Origin: Candidatus Hydrothermales bacterium
Lineage (GTDB): Bacteria > Hydrothermota > Hydrothermia > Hydrothermales > JAJRUZ01
DNA length: 36,445 nucleotides
Direction of reading: 5' to 3'
NCBI GenBank assembly: GCA_039630575.1
Contig: JBCNUW010000020.1
Span: forward strand, 1 to 36,445
The notes under the pieces were generated by a model. That model searched no databases and was not told where the DNA came from. It worked only from the letters and a program-made list of their open reading frames with translations. Positions 17,828-28,635 of the stretch are shown here, piece by piece; within the stretch, counting starts at the first letter, position 1, and each line of letters starts with the position of its first letter. Made by a program: the position numbers and the translations under genes.

Positions 17828-19771
17828 TTACTCTATGACCTCATAATCTGCATCTACAGTTTTTTCTTTCCCTTTATCCTCCTTTTTTTCTTCTACTTTT
17901 TCCTCAGGTGGTCTTCTTTCTTCACCCTTTTCTCTACTTCCAAAACCACCTACTCCTGAAGTAAAATCAGATCTAACTCCGCCACGCTGATAAATCTCCT
18001 CAGTTGCTTGATACCAAGACTCCTGTAACTCTTTCATTTTATCCTTTATATATGAAGCGTCATCTTTTCTTAAAGCCTCTCTAAGCGCATTTAATTTCTC
18101 TAAAACTTTTGATTTTTTATCTGGTTGAATTTTATCGCCTAAATCTCTTAAAGATTTTTCCACAGTATATATAAAAGAATCAGCTTGATTTTTTGTATCA
18201 ATTAACTCTTTTCTCCTTTTATCCTCTTCTGCATGTAACTGTGCTTCTTTAATCATCCTCTGGATTTCTTCCTCAGTTAAACCAGATGAAGAATGGACCC
18301 TTATCTTTTGTTCTTTTCCAGTAGCGAGGTCTTTAGCTGAAACATGTAAAATTCCATCAGCATCTATTTCAAAGGAAACCTCAATCTGAGGGACTCCTCT
18401 TGGGGCAGGTGGAATACCATATAACTCGAATCGTGCAAGAGATCTGTTATCAGCAGCCATAGGTCTTTCACCTTGCAAAACGTGTATGGTAACAGCTGTT
18501 TGATTATCCTGAGCAGTAGTAAATATTTCCGATTTTCTTACAGGGATAGTGGTATTTCTCGGAATTATAACTGTCATAACTCCTCCTAAGGTTTCAACTC
18601 CTAAAGATAAAGGTGTTACATCTAAAAGAACTATATCCCTTTTAATTTCTCCAGCTAAAACTGCAGCTTGAATGGAGGCTCCTACTGCAACCACTTCATC
18701 AGGGTTAACACCCTTATGAGGTTCTTTACCAAAGAAATTTTTAACCGCATCTTGAACAGCAGGCATTCTGGTCATACCACCTACAAGAATTACCTCATCT
18801 ATATCTGAAGGTCCTAACTTAGCATCTGCAAGAGCTTTTTTGCATATTTCAATGGTTCTGTCAATATAATCTCTCACCATTGCTTCTAACCTTGCTCTTG
18901 TTAGTTCTCTTTCAAGATGTTTTGGTCCAGATATAAAAGGTAGCGAAATTGTGGTTGACATCATTGTTGAAAGTTCAATTTTTGCTTTTTCAGCTGCCTC
19001 TTTGAGTCTTTGTATTGCAGATCTATCTTTTCTTAAATCTATCCCTTCTTCCTTTAAAAACTCCTCAACAAGCCAATCAATTATTCTTTGATCAAAATCA
19101 TCGCCTCCAAGATGAGTATCTCCATTTGTTGACTTTACCTCAAAAACACCCTCTTCTGAGAGTTCAAGAATTGAAATATCGAAGGTGCCTCCTCCAAGAT
19201 CGTAAACAGCAACTCTTATATCTTTCCTTTTGTCAAGACCATAAGCGAGAGCTGCAGCTGTGGGCTCATTAATGATTCTTAAAACCTCAAGTCCAGCTAT
19301 TCTACCTGCATCTTTTGTGGCTTGTCTCTGAGCATCGTTAAAATAAGCAGGAACTGTAATAACTGCCTGAGTAATTTTTTCACCTAAATAATCTTCTGCA
19401 CTTTCTTTTAAATATCTTAAAATAAAAGCTGATATCTCTGGCGGTGAATAAACCTTTCCTCTAATTTTAACTCTTGCATCATCATGGGGTCCCCTTACAA
19501 CCTCATATGGAACTCTTCTAATCTCTTCCAAAACTTCATCATATCTTCTTCCCATAAATCTTTTTATTGAATAAACAGTATTTTCTGCATTCACGATAGC
19601 TTGTCTCTTTGCAATACTTCCCACAACAATTTCTCCTGTTTCTCTAAATGAAACAACTGAGGGAGTTACTCTTCCACCTTCCTTGTTTGGAATCACTTTT
19701 GGTTCATTTCCTTCCATAATAGCAATGCAGGAGTTGGTTGTTCCAAGATCTATACCCACAGCCTTAGGCAT
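17828..19771 (-). CDS. dnaK: Chaperone DnaK (Hsp70)
   Basis: [35 protein letters not shown]. Confidence 0.98.
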   Translation of the reverse strand: MPKAVGIDLGTTNSCIAIMEGNEPKVIPNKEGGRVTPSVVSFRETGEIVVGSIAKRQAIVNAENTVYSIKRFMGRRYDEVLEEIRRVPYEVVRGPHDDARVKIRGKVYSPPEISAFILRYLKESAEDYLGEKITQAVITVPAYFNDAQRQATKDAGRIAGLEVLRIINEPTAAALAYGLDKRKDIRVAVYDLGGGTFDISILELSEEGVFEVKSTNGDTHLGGDDFDQRIIDWLVEEFLKEEGIDLRKDRSAIQRLKEAAEKAKIELSTMMSTTISLPFISGPKHLERELTRARLEAMVRDYIDRTIEICKKALADAKLGPSDIDEVILVGGMTRMPAVQDAVKNFFGKEPHKGVNPDEVVAVGASIQAAVLAGEIKRDIVLLDVTPLSLGVETLGGVMTVIIPRNTTIPVRKSEIFTTAQDNQTAVTIHVLQGERPMAADNRSLARFELYGIPPAPRGVPQIEVSFEIDADGILHVSAKDLATGKEQKIRVHSSSGLTEEEIQRMIKEAQLHAEEDKRRKELIDTKNQADSFIYTVEKSLRDLGDKIQPDKKSKVLEKLNALREALRKDDASYIKDKMKELQESWYQATEEIYQRGGVRSDFTSGVGGFGSREKGEERRPPEEKVEEKKEDKGKEKTVDADYEVIE

Positions 19772-20327
19772 AATTAATTTCCTCCTTTCTATTTACTTCT
19801 TCCTCGGGGTTTGAACCCAATTCTCTCCTATCTTCTTTAAAAACTGCCACAATAACTCTTGCTGGACTTACTGATTTACCCATATATTTAAATCCTCTTT
19901 GAACACTTTTAATTATCTTTTTATTAAGGTTTTTATCAGAAACTTCAACCAAATCAATTGCTTCATGAATCTCAGGATTAAAATCCTCTCCCTCTTTAGG
20001 TTCTACTATCTCTCCCCCCTCCTCCTTTAACAGATTTATAAACTGTTTATAAATCATTTCTACTCCTTTGTATAGGCTTTCAGTGTCACCCTTATTCTCG
20101 TTTATCACTTCGAGCGCCCTACCAAGATTATCAATTGCATTAAAAAATTTCTTAATTAATTCCTTTTTTCCCTCTACTTTTGCTTCTTTAAACTCTTCCT
20201 CTTTTCTCTTTTTAAATTTGTTGAAATCTAGTACTACCTTTGTATAAAGATCTTTAAATTCTTCTGCTTCTTTATGAATAGCAAGTAATTCTTCTTTTAT
20301 TCTCTTCACCCATTCCTTTTTTTCCAT
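19764..20327 (-). CDS. grpE: Nucleotide exchange factor GrpE
   Basis: [26 protein letters not shown]; immediately upstream of dnaK. Confidence 0.92.
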   Translation of the reverse strand: MEKKEWVKRIKEELLAIHKEAEEFKDLYTKVVLDFNKFKKRKEEEFKEAKVEGKKELIKKFFNAIDNLGRALEVINENKGDTESLYKGVEMIYKQFINLLKEEGGEIVEPKEGEDFNPEIHEAIDLVEVSDKNLNKKIIKSVQRGFKYMGKSVSPARVIVAVFKEDRRELGSNPEEEVNRKEEINYA

Positions 20328-20378
20328 TATATTTAAATACTATTAAAGTGTATTTTTTTCAAGTATTTTATTTAATTT

Positions 20379-21914
20379 TTAAAGAGGTAAGTTACAATGC
20401 TTCTTTGGTGGTAAACCTTGTCTTTTATTTCTTAAAAGTTTCAATGCTCTTATAATCCACCCTCTTGTTTTTCGAGGCTCAATTACATCATCTATATAAC
20501 CGTAAGCTGCGGCATAATACGGATTTGCAAACTTATCTCTATACATCCTTACAAGTTCCTTTCTTAACTCATCTGGATTTTCTGATTCTTGGATTTCTTT
20601 TCTGTAAATAATATTTATAGCTCCCTCTGGACCCATAACAGCAATTTCTGCAGTTGGCCATGCTAAGTTTATATCACCCCTTACTTGTTTAGAGGAAAGA
20701 ACACAGTATGCACCACCATAACTTTTTCTTGTGATAACAGTAATCTTAGGAACAGTTGCCTCACAGTAGGCAAAAAGAAGTTTTGCTCCCTCCTTAATGA
20801 TACCTCTATGTTCTTGATAAACGCCAGGGAGAAAACCGGGTACATCTTCAAAAGTTATAATAGGAATGTTGAAAGCATCGCAAAATCTAACAAATCTTGC
20901 AGCCTTCACAGAAGCATCCACATCAATCGCTCCAGCGAGATGGAGAGGCTGTTGTGCAACTATTCCAACACTGAAACCACCCATTCTAGCAAATCCAACA
21001 ATAATGTTAGGTGCAAAATTTCTGTGAACTTCAAAGAAAATACCATTATCCACAACCCTTCTTATTACCTCCTTCATATCATATGGAGCATTAGGATCTT
21101 CTGGAACTATATAATCAAGTTCCGGATCTTCCCTATCTTCCGGATCACCTGTATCAACATAGGGAGGTTCTTCCATGTTATTTTGTGGTAGATAAGTTAG
21201 AAGTGTCCTTATTCCCTCCATTACCTCCTCTTCTGTGTCATAAACAAAATGAACAATACCGCTTTTCTCAGCGTGAACATCAGCACCACCTAACTCCTCA
21301 AAAGTTACCTCTTCATGAGTAACTGCCTTTATAACGTCAGGTCCTGTTATGAACATGTAACTGTTTTTTCTTACCATAAAAATAAAATCTGTTAAAGCGG
21401 GTGAATAAACTGCTCCACCAGCGCAGGGACCTAAAATTGCAGAAATTTGAGGAATGACCCCTGAAGCAAGTGTATTTCGCAAGAAAATTTCTGCATAGCC
21501 TGCAAGTGAAGCAACACCCTCTTGAATTCTCGCACCCCCAGAATCATTAAGACCTATAACTGGAACTCCAATTCTTAGAGCAAAATCAAGTACTTTCTTT
21601 ATCTTATCAGCATGGGCAAGTGAAAGTGTGCCACCAAAAACTGTAAAATCCTGTGAGAAAATTAAACAATCCCTACCATGAACCTTTGCAAAACCAGTTA
21701 CTACTCCATCTCCAAATACTTTGGGTAAATCAAAATCAACTATCCTATGAGTTACAAACATATCAATTTCCTGAAAACTTCCCTCATCTACAAGCAACTC
21801 TATTCTCTCTCTTGCTGTTTTTTTCCCCTTTTCTTTTTGTTTTTTTATTCTTTCTTCTCCCCCTCCTTTCATTGCTTCTTCTCTCATTTTCTTTAATTTT
21901 TCAAATCTTTCCAT
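20379..21914 (-). CDS. Acyl-CoA carboxylase beta / methylmalonyl-CoA decarboxylase alpha-type carboxyltransferase
   Basis: DSGGARIQEG, GPCAGGAVY, DVPGFLPG, RKSYGGAY, KKH.NLPL. ATG 21914 has AGGAG 8 nt upstream (the track start is GTG 21923). Confidence 0.93.
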   Translation of the reverse strand: MERFEKLKKMREEAMKGGGEERIKKQKEKGKKTARERIELLVDEGSFQEIDMFVTHRIVDFDLPKVFGDGVVTGFAKVHGRDCLIFSQDFTVFGGTLSLAHADKIKKVLDFALRIGVPVIGLNDSGGARIQEGVASLAGYAEIFLRNTLASGVIPQISAILGPCAGGAVYSPALTDFIFMVRKNSYMFITGPDVIKAVTHEEVTFEELGGADVHAEKSGIVHFVYDTEEEVMEGIRTLLTYLPQNNMEEPPYVDTGDPEDREDPELDYIVPEDPNAPYDMKEVIRRVVDNGIFFEVHRNFAPNIIVGFARMGGFSVGIVAQQPLHLAGAIDVDASVKAARFVRFCDAFNIPIITFEDVPGFLPGVYQEHRGIIKEGAKLLFAYCEATVPKITVITRKSYGGAYCVLSSKQVRGDINLAWPTAEIAVMGPEGAINIIYRKEIQESENPDELRKELVRMYRDKFANPYYAAAYGYIDDVIEPRKTRGWIIRALKLLRNKRQGLPPKKHCNLPL

Positions 21915-21919
21915 GTTTT

Positions 21920-22378
21920 TCACTCCTTTTTAAATTTTTCTTTAGTATCTAAAATAATGCTTACAGGACCATAGTTAATATGATGCACTTCCATATAAGC
22001 ACCAAATTCTCCCTCAATAACATTCAAATTACTCTCTTTTAACTTTCTGACAAATAAATCAAACTTTTCCTTTGCTTTATCTTTTTCCTCTGAATTATCA
22101 AATGAAGGTCTATTCCCTTTCATAACATCAGCACATAGGGTAAAATTTGATACTACTAAAATATCTCCCTTTACATCTGATATACTCAAATTCATTTTTC
22201 CATTTTTATCTTCAAAAATTCTTAAATTTAGAATTTTATTAGCTGCCCACTCTATTTCTTCAGTTGTATCATTCTTACAAATACCAGTAAATAAAAGAAG
22301 TCCAAACTTTATATTTAACTCTTTTTTATTTTCTATCCTTATAATTCCCTCCTTTATTCTTTCAATTAGCACCCTCAT
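21920..22378 (-). CDS. dtd: D-aminoacyl-tRNA deacylase
   Basis: NLRIFED..GKMN, SNFTL, GNRPSF, FGAYM, N.GPV. Confidence 0.93.
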   Translation of the reverse strand: MRVLIERIKEGIIRIENKKELNIKFGLLLFTGICKNDTTEEIEWAANKILNLRIFEDKNGKMNLSISDVKGDILVVSNFTLCADVMKGNRPSFDNSEEKDKAKEKFDLFVRKLKESNLNVIEGEFGAYMEVHHINYGPVSIILDTKEKFKKE

Positions 22379-23414
22379 TTACAAGGTAATATATCCTTCT
22401 TAAAAGAAAAGTCCTTTCAGATTCCCTAAACCCTTTTTTGCTAATTAAAATTTTTTCTAAAATTTCTATAGTCTTATCGTATGTTGATTTATTTATTCTG
22501 TAAGGAATTCCATCCTTACCACCATGTGCAAAGGAGAATCTTGCTGGATCTGAGTAGTCAGGTTTCCTACCATAAATAAGTTCTGAAAGTAGCGTAAGCG
22601 CTCTTAGTGTTTTTTCGCCTACACCACGGATAAGCAAAATATCTTCAAATTTGTTAACATTTTCATTATAAAAGTTAAGAGAAATTTCAAAAATTTTTTT
22701 TAAGTTAATATCTTTTAATTTTATTATATGTCTATCTGGCATTTTATATATTTCGTTGATTGATCTTTCTTTAATCAAATTAACTATACTTTCTCTTATT
22801 GATTTATTTTTTTCTGAAACAAGGTTTAAAACTTTTATTTCCTTATTATCAGCAATAATTCCCGTGTGAGGTTCACAGGTAATTTCCTTAAACGTTTTTG
22901 AAAATATGTGGTATCTTCTAGCAGTTCTTTTTAAAGTATTCATTCCCTGCTGGACTACAAGCCAGTTTCCTTTATTATCAAACCAGAAAGTGTGATGATA
23001 AAGATTATGTTTATCCTGAACACAAGCATTATCAATCTTAGCTGTTAAACGAGAAAAGTAAATAAAATAATCTGGATTTAAATTTAACTTTTCTGAAAAA
23101 TTTAAAATTTCTTTAGGGGTTTCAAGAGCAAATTTTCCTTTACCACCAGATATGTAAATTGGAATATCTCTCTCCAAAAAACCCTTTTTTAAAGCATTTG
23201 TTAAAGTTACAGTAATACCTGAGGAGTGCCAATCAAAACCAAGAAAACATCCAAAACTTTGAAACCAAAGAGGATCTGAAAATTTCTCTAAAATATCATG
23301 AGTTTCGTATTCTTCAAGTAGATACTCAATAATAAGAGAAGAAAGCCTTTTAATCCTGTTGAAAAGCCATTGTGGAACTTTTCCATAGTGTAGGGGAAGA
23401 CTTATAACTTCCAT
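22362..23414 (-). CDS. DUF763 family protein
   Basis: LPLHYG.VP.WL, DWHSSG, GGKG, VVQQGM, FSFAHGGKDG.P. Confidence 0.85.
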   Translation of the reverse strand: MEVISLPLHYGKVPQWLFNRIKRLSSLIIEYLLEEYETHDILEKFSDPLWFQSFGCFLGFDWHSSGITVTLTNALKKGFLERDIPIYISGGKGKFALETPKEILNFSEKLNLNPDYFIYFSRLTAKIDNACVQDKHNLYHHTFWFDNKGNWLVVQQGMNTLKRTARRYHIFSKTFKEITCEPHTGIIADNKEIKVLNLVSEKNKSIRESIVNLIKERSINEIYKMPDRHIIKLKDINLKKIFEISLNFYNENVNKFEDILLIRGVGEKTLRALTLLSELIYGRKPDYSDPARFSFAHGGKDGIPYRINKSTYDKTIEILEKILISKKGFRESERTFLLRRIYYLVNEGAN

Positions 23415-23418
23415 TATC

Positions 23419-26400
23419 TCAGGGAAATTTAAAAGCTATTTCCGGTCTAAAATGCCCAAGAGAGTGAGGCCAGATACCTATAACTTTTTCTGATAAAAGA
23501 ATTCTCTCAAATGGATGATATAAAAATACTGAAGGAGCATCTTCAAGTATCCTCTTTTCAATTTCCTGATAAATTCTCTTACGCTCTTCTGGTACTCTTA
23601 CCCTTCTTGCCTCCTCTATTAGCTTATCCACAACAGGATTTGAATATCTTGTTTCATTAGTTCCGAATTTAATTGAATTTGAATGAAAGAGAGGATAGAC
23701 AATACTGTCAGGATCACCTGTATCAGCTATCCATCCTAATATATGGCACTCTGTCTTATCTGAATGAACAGCTTCAAGAAATTCCTTCCATGGTTTTGTT
23801 TCCACATCAAACTCGATCCCAAGTTTTCCTAAAGATTCGATTAAAAACTTTGCAGCCCTACGATTAGTTTCACTTTCTGAAATAGTCAACTTCAATCTAA
23901 TAGGAAGTTTAACTCCTGACTTAAGAAGTTCCTCTTTTGCCTTTTCGATGTTATATTCATATCCCTTTAAATTTGGATTATAAACCTCTGAGGAAGGAGC
24001 AAATATACCCTCTGCTCTTATGGATCTACCCATCAAAACCTCTTTTACGTATCTATCCTTATCTATAGCATAATTAATTGCTTTCCTAAAATGAATATTT
24101 GTAAAGGGAAATTTTCTGTTATTAAAATCGAATCTTTGAATTGAAAGTTCAGGTGTAATTTTTATCTTATCTAAATAATGGGGAGCTCTCTCTTTCAAAA
24201 TTTTTTCATCCTCCATAGATGGCTCTATAACATCAATTTCACCTTTTAAAAATAGATCGATAAATTTCTTTGTTTCTCTTTCTTTAATAAAAAATATTAT
24301 CCTATCAACATTTGATCTACCTGCGAAGTAATCTTCAAAAGCCTCAAGTTCAACAAACTCATCTTTTACAAAATTTTTAAGTTTAAAAGGTCCAAGCCCT
24401 ATCAACTCTCCGTCTCTTTCTTTTGTTATAGCAGATCCCATAAGAGAGAGGTTATAAATTAATGGAACAAAAGGATATTCAAGTTCAATTTCAATTTTAT
24501 TTTCATCAACTACCCTTATTCCTTCAACATAATTTTTCTTACCATCGATAAAATCTTTTGCTCCTTTTATCATATCTAGATAATTTCTATAGCTTCCCTT
24601 AAGTGACCTTAAAAGCGAATCTCTGACATCATAAGATGTTAGAATTTCACCATTATGAAATTTCACATTTTTCCTTAAATAAAAAATATATAAAAGCCCA
24701 TCTTTTTCAATCTCAAACTTTTCAACCAAAGCAGGAATTACTTTACTTGAAAGAGGTGAGGTCATAAAAAGTGCCCTATGTATGTTTTCAAGAATAGTAT
24801 TACTCGTAGCATCTGTTGCAATATAAGGGTTAAAAGTAACTGGATTAGAACTTAAAGGCAATCTCAAGGAGATTTCCTCTCTGATTTCCTCTTCTGCAAT
24901 TTCAATCTGTGGTAAAAATCGTGTATTATCTTGTCTAATTTCCAACAAATCTTTTTTCACCTCAGGCATTATCTTTTCTATTTCCTTAAACTTTAGGCTC
25001 AAAATTCTCATAAACTGCTCTAATTCTTCAAAGGCTTTTCTAAAAATTTCGATATTCTTACCTATTTTTTCTGTCATCTCACCAATTTTTTCAAAACTTT
25101 CCTCAAAGAGAATTACATTTTCTTTAACATCAAAGAATTTTATAAACTCCCTGGTTTCTCCCTCAAAACTTAGCATTTCTCTGGTTAAAAGATCTATATC
25201 TTTTGCTGATCTAATTATCTCCTCTGAGAGACTTAGAGAGATTCTTACTCTCTCTTTAAGTTCTGCAGAAAGGGGATCTTCCTTAATTCCAGACCTTGCA
25301 GTCTCTACTGAAGAATAAAGCGATAGTATTTCTCCATCCTTTAAATCCTCCTTCATTTGTGTCAAAATCCTTAAAAATCTTAAATCTATATTTCTAAAGG
25401 AAAATGTATCTTTGTAAGAATTTATGTGACTAAAAAATTCCTTAATGATTTTATTAAAATTGTTTATTTGATCCAAATAATATGATAAATCTAATTTAAA
25501 TACTTTTGATATTGTTTCGTCAAGTTCTTTGATTTTTCTATCCTGTATGCTGATTTTCCCTATGATACTCCTTATAATATCCAACTTCCTTTCAAGTTCA
25601 CTTTTACTTTTTTCAAAATTTAAAAATCTTTCATTAAGCTCTTTTAAAATAGTATCTATGTTATTTAAAAAGAAAATTAGTTTATTCTTTATGCGATTTT
25701 TTAAGTAAGATGGAGATGAAGCAGCAATTTCTAACATTTCAAGTAGAGCATTTTTAATTTCATCGTTTCCATTGAAAATTTCAGAATATATCAATACTTT
25801 TTCAGCATCAGCAAAAAAAACTAAACTTTTTGTTTCAAGATCTACGATATTTTTAAATAGTTCATCAAACAGAGTTTTCCTTTCTGAGTAGATACTTGTG
25901 ATATCTTTTAAAGAGTACAAAAAATTGTCAACAGTTTTTCTTAAATTTTCAAAAATTTCATCCAAAGATTTCTCGTATTTGCTTATTTCCCTAACTAACT
26001 CTAAAATCCTACCTTGCCTAAACTTTAATGATTCAAAGTTCTCTTTAATTTTTTCAATATCAATAGAAAGATTTTCTCCATGAGTTATAATCCTTTGCGC
26101 TAATTTTGAAAGTTCTTGAGAAACAACCTGTAGACCCTTTCCCATTTCTCCTAAATGAAAAGCTTTTATTTCAGAATTCCTTGAGACAATTTCTATATGA
26201 TGAATTTCATTAAGTAATAAAAACGTATTTTTACTTAAGTTTTCAAAAAGATTTAATATCTTATCTATCCTTTTAATCTCGTTGTTATAAAAATCGATAC
26301 ATTGAGGTAAACTGTCGTATATGGTCTTTAGTTGATTTTCAATGTTATTTGAAATATTACTTATTTCAAAAATCACCTTTTCCAGTTCTTTAAATGTATC

Positions 26401-26529
26401 ACTAATAGTCTTCAGTTCACTGTGAGTAAAATTTTTTATATCTTCTAAATTTTTTCTTTGAGTAAAAACATACAATCCTAAATCATAAAGCATTTTAAAA
26501 AAGTTAAAAACTCTTAATGCTTTATTCAT
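23419..26529 (-). CDS. Soluble fusion of an MCP-like coiled-coil region and a family-5 solute-binding domain
   Basis: aa ~1-550 are helical with MCP-tip-like motifs. aa ~555-1036 are DppA/OppA-like (F.LRKNVKFHNG, GLGPF, PFTN...RKAINYAID, W.ADTGDP). No signal peptide or TM helix. Confidence 0.8.
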   Translation of the reverse strand: MNKALRVFNFFKMLYDLGLYVFTQRKNLEDIKNFTHSELKTISDTFKELEKVIFEISNISNNIENQLKTIYDSLPQCIDFYNNEIKRIDKILNLFENLSKNTFLLLNEIHHIEIVSRNSEIKAFHLGEMGKGLQVVSQELSKLAQRIITHGENLSIDIEKIKENFESLKFRQGRILELVREISKYEKSLDEIFENLRKTVDNFLYSLKDITSIYSERKTLFDELFKNIVDLETKSLVFFADAEKVLIYSEIFNGNDEIKNALLEMLEIAASSPSYLKNRIKNKLIFFLNNIDTILKELNERFLNFEKSKSELERKLDIIRSIIGKISIQDRKIKELDETISKVFKLDLSYYLDQINNFNKIIKEFFSHINSYKDTFSFRNIDLRFLRILTQMKEDLKDGEILSLYSSVETARSGIKEDPLSAELKERVRISLSLSEEIIRSAKDIDLLTREMLSFEGETREFIKFFDVKENVILFEESFEKIGEMTEKIGKNIEIFRKAFEELEQFMRILSLKFKEIEKIMPEVKKDLLEIRQDNTRFLPQIEIAEEEIREEISLRLPLSSNPVTFNPYIATDATSNTILENIHRALFMTSPLSSKVIPALVEKFEIEKDGLLYIFYLRKNVKFHNGEILTSYDVRDSLLRSLKGSYRNYLDMIKGAKDFIDGKKNYVEGIRVVDENKIEIELEYPFVPLIYNLSLMGSAITKERDGELIGLGPFKLKNFVKDEFVELEAFEDYFAGRSNVDRIIFFIKERETKKFIDLFLKGEIDVIEPSMEDEKILKERAPHYLDKIKITPELSIQRFDFNNRKFPFTNIHFRKAINYAIDKDRYVKEVLMGRSIRAEGIFAPSSEVYNPNLKGYEYNIEKAKEELLKSGVKLPIRLKLTISESETNRRAAKFLIESLGKLGIEFDVETKPWKEFLEAVHSDKTECHILGWIADTGDPDSIVYPLFHSNSIKFGTNETRYSNPVVDKLIEEARRVRVPEERKRIYQEIEKRILEDAPSVFLYHPFERILLSEKVIGIWPHSLGHFRPEIAFKFP

Positions 26530-27331
26530 GTATCACATAGGAAATATATCCCACAACATAACCTACTTCCTTATCCTTTGTAACATCCCTTGAAGTAGTC
26601 ATGTTGAGAACTTTTCTTTTATAGAAACTTTCCTCATAGACTCTCAGAAGAACATAGATCCCAGAGGCACCACAAGCCATAATGTTATCATTTATAATCT
26701 CTTTATAAAATTCCTCTGCTTTTCCTCTCTCTAATATTTCCTTTGAATTTTCATTCACCTTTACACATTCTTCATAAGAGTAACCATGATAAAAGTCTGA
26801 ACTTGCAATAATAAAGGTTTCTCTATCTTTTTCCTCTCTAATAGCCTTTGCAATCTTTTCGAGGGTTTCTTTTTTAAAAGTACCAATTAAAATGGGAACT
26901 ATTTTTAACGAGTTTTTAAATTTATATTGTAAAAAGGGAATCTGAACCTCTAAAGAGTGCTCCCTTTCATGATAATGAGAGTTAAATTCAAAAATATTAT
27001 ACTTAAGCAGCTTCTTTTCAAATTCAATATCTTTAGAAATTTCACCAAATGGAGTAAGCCAATATTCATTTTCATCCAAACAAGCAAAATTAAATGTGTA
27101 ATTATGAGAAGATCCAAGTATGATCACTCTTTTAAAATTATTTTTCAAATTTTTATACATATATGATGCAGTTTTGCCTGAATAAATGTAACCTGCATGA
27201 GGTGAAATAGCTGATACTGCCTTAATGTCAAATTCTTCAACACTATCAAAGAGTTTCTTTATCAGATTCTCTAAATCTTTTTTATCGGATGGATAAAAAA
27301 TTCCACTGACTGCTGGTTTTCTAACTTTCAT
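26522..27331 (-). CDS. amrB: AmmeMemoRadiSam protein B (Memo family)
   Basis: RKPAVSGIFYP, PHAGYIYSG, EHSLEVQIPFLQ, ASSDFYH, CG, VVGY. Confidence 0.92.
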   Translation of the reverse strand: MKVRKPAVSGIFYPSDKKDLENLIKKLFDSVEEFDIKAVSAISPHAGYIYSGKTASYMYKNLKNNFKRVIILGSSHNYTFNFACLDENEYWLTPFGEISKDIEFEKKLLKYNIFEFNSHYHEREHSLEVQIPFLQYKFKNSLKIVPILIGTFKKETLEKIAKAIREEKDRETFIIASSDFYHGYSYEECVKVNENSKEILERGKAEEFYKEIINDNIMACGASGIYVLLRVYEESFYKRKVLNMTTSRDVTKDKEVGYVVGYISYVIHE

Positions 27332-28635
27332 AGAATATATTTAGATAAATCTTCCTCTTTAAGTGCCTTTGAAAGAATTTCATCTACATAAAAAGAGTTT
27401 ATTATATAGGGATTTCTATCTAAATAAGGCATTCTGAACAAAGCATCTTCAAGAACAAGATTCATTACAGTTTGTAATCTTCTTGCTCCTATGTCTTCCA
27501 TTTTTTGATTAGCAAGAAAAGCATAGTGAGCGATTCTTTTAATAGCTTCAGGTTCAAATTCAAGTGTATAACCCTCAGCTTCAAACAAAGCCTTAAACTG
27601 TTTGACTAAAGAATTCTCAGGTTCAACTAAAATTCTCTCAAACTCTTTTTCTCCAAGGGGATGTAATTCAACCCTTATTGGAAACCTACCCTGCAACTCA
27701 GGGATTAAATCTTGAGGTGATGATTTACTGAAAGCTCCTGCTCCAATAAAGAGAATATTGTCAGTTTTTACAATACCGTATTTTGTCCATACGCTTGTTC
27801 CTTCCACGATAGGTAAAAGATCTCTCTGAACACCTTCTCTCGAAACTGATGGTCCATGTTCCTCTCCTCTTCCTACAATTTTATCGATTTCATCAATAAA
27901 TATAATTCCTTTTTCTTGTGCTATTCTAACAGCTTCTTGTTTGATTTCATCAAGATTTATTAACTTATTTGCTGCTTCATTTGTAAGATAGTCAAGTGCA
28001 TCTCTAACTTTCATCCTTTTCATAACAGTTCTCTTTGGGAATAAATCTTCCAGGACATCTTGTAAATTCTGTGCAATAGTATCATGACCTACAGACATAA
28101 CTGGAACAATAGAGACTGGTGATTGTTTTACCTCTATATCAATTTCTCTATCATTATAAAGCCCTCTTTTTAGATTTTCTCGTATATATTCCGAGGAGGT
28201 GTACTGAAGCCCCGTTAAGATTTCAACAATTTTATTTTCTGCTATTTCTTTTGCTCTATTTTCAACTTCCTTAACCTTTTGCTGCCTCAACATATTAAAG
28301 GCAACTTCAACAAGGTCTCTTACCATACTTTCCACATCCCTCCCAACATAACCAACTTCTGTATACCGTGTTGCTTCAACTTTCAAAAAAGGTGATCCTG
28401 TTAACTGAGCAAGTCTTCTTGCAATTTCAGTTTTTCCAACTCCAGTGGGTCCAATCATCAAGATATTAAAAGGATGAATTTCCTCTTTTATTTTCCCCTT
28501 TACCTGCATCCTCCTCCATCTGTTTCTTAAAGCTATAGCCACAGCTTTCTTTGCCTCTTCTTGACCAATTATGTATTTATTAAGCTCTTCTACTATTTCA
28601 AAAGGAGTTTTTTCTGCTTCGAAAACTTCTATCAT
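27328..28635 (-). CDS. hslU: HslU ATPase
   Basis: AIALRNRWRR, GPTGVGKTEIARRLA, GYVGRD, IDEIDK, C-terminal DLSKYIL. Confidence 0.96.
   Translation of the reverse strand: MIEVFEAEKTPFEIVEELNKYIIGQEEAKKAVAIALRNRWRRMQVKGKIKEEIHPFNILMIGPTGVGKTEIARRLAQLTGSPFLKVEATRYTEVGYVGRDVESMVRDLVEVAFNMLRQQKVKEVENRAKEIAENKIVEILTGLQYTSSEYIRENLKRGLYNDREIDIEVKQSPVSIVPVMSVGHDTIAQNLQDVLEDLFPKRTVMKRMKVRDALDYLTNEAANKLINLDEIKQEAVRIAQEKGIIFIDEIDKIVGRGEEHGPSVSREGVQRDLLPIVEGTSVWTKYGIVKTDNILFIGAGAFSKSSPQDLIPELQGRFPIRVELHPLGEKEFERILVEPENSLVKQFKALFEAEGYTLEFEPEAIKRIAHYAFLANQKMEDIGARRLQTVMNLVLEDALFRMPYLDRNPYIINSFYVDEILSKALKEEDLSKYIL

Noticed and set aside
20685..21191. 168-aa antisense ORF and the other short antisense or overlapping ORFs in the track
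   Set aside because: They lie within well-conserved genes and have no recognisable motifs (shadow ORFs).
26522..27331. amrB without amrA/amrS as a novelty
   Set aside because: Dispersed AmmeMemoRadiSam genes are common.
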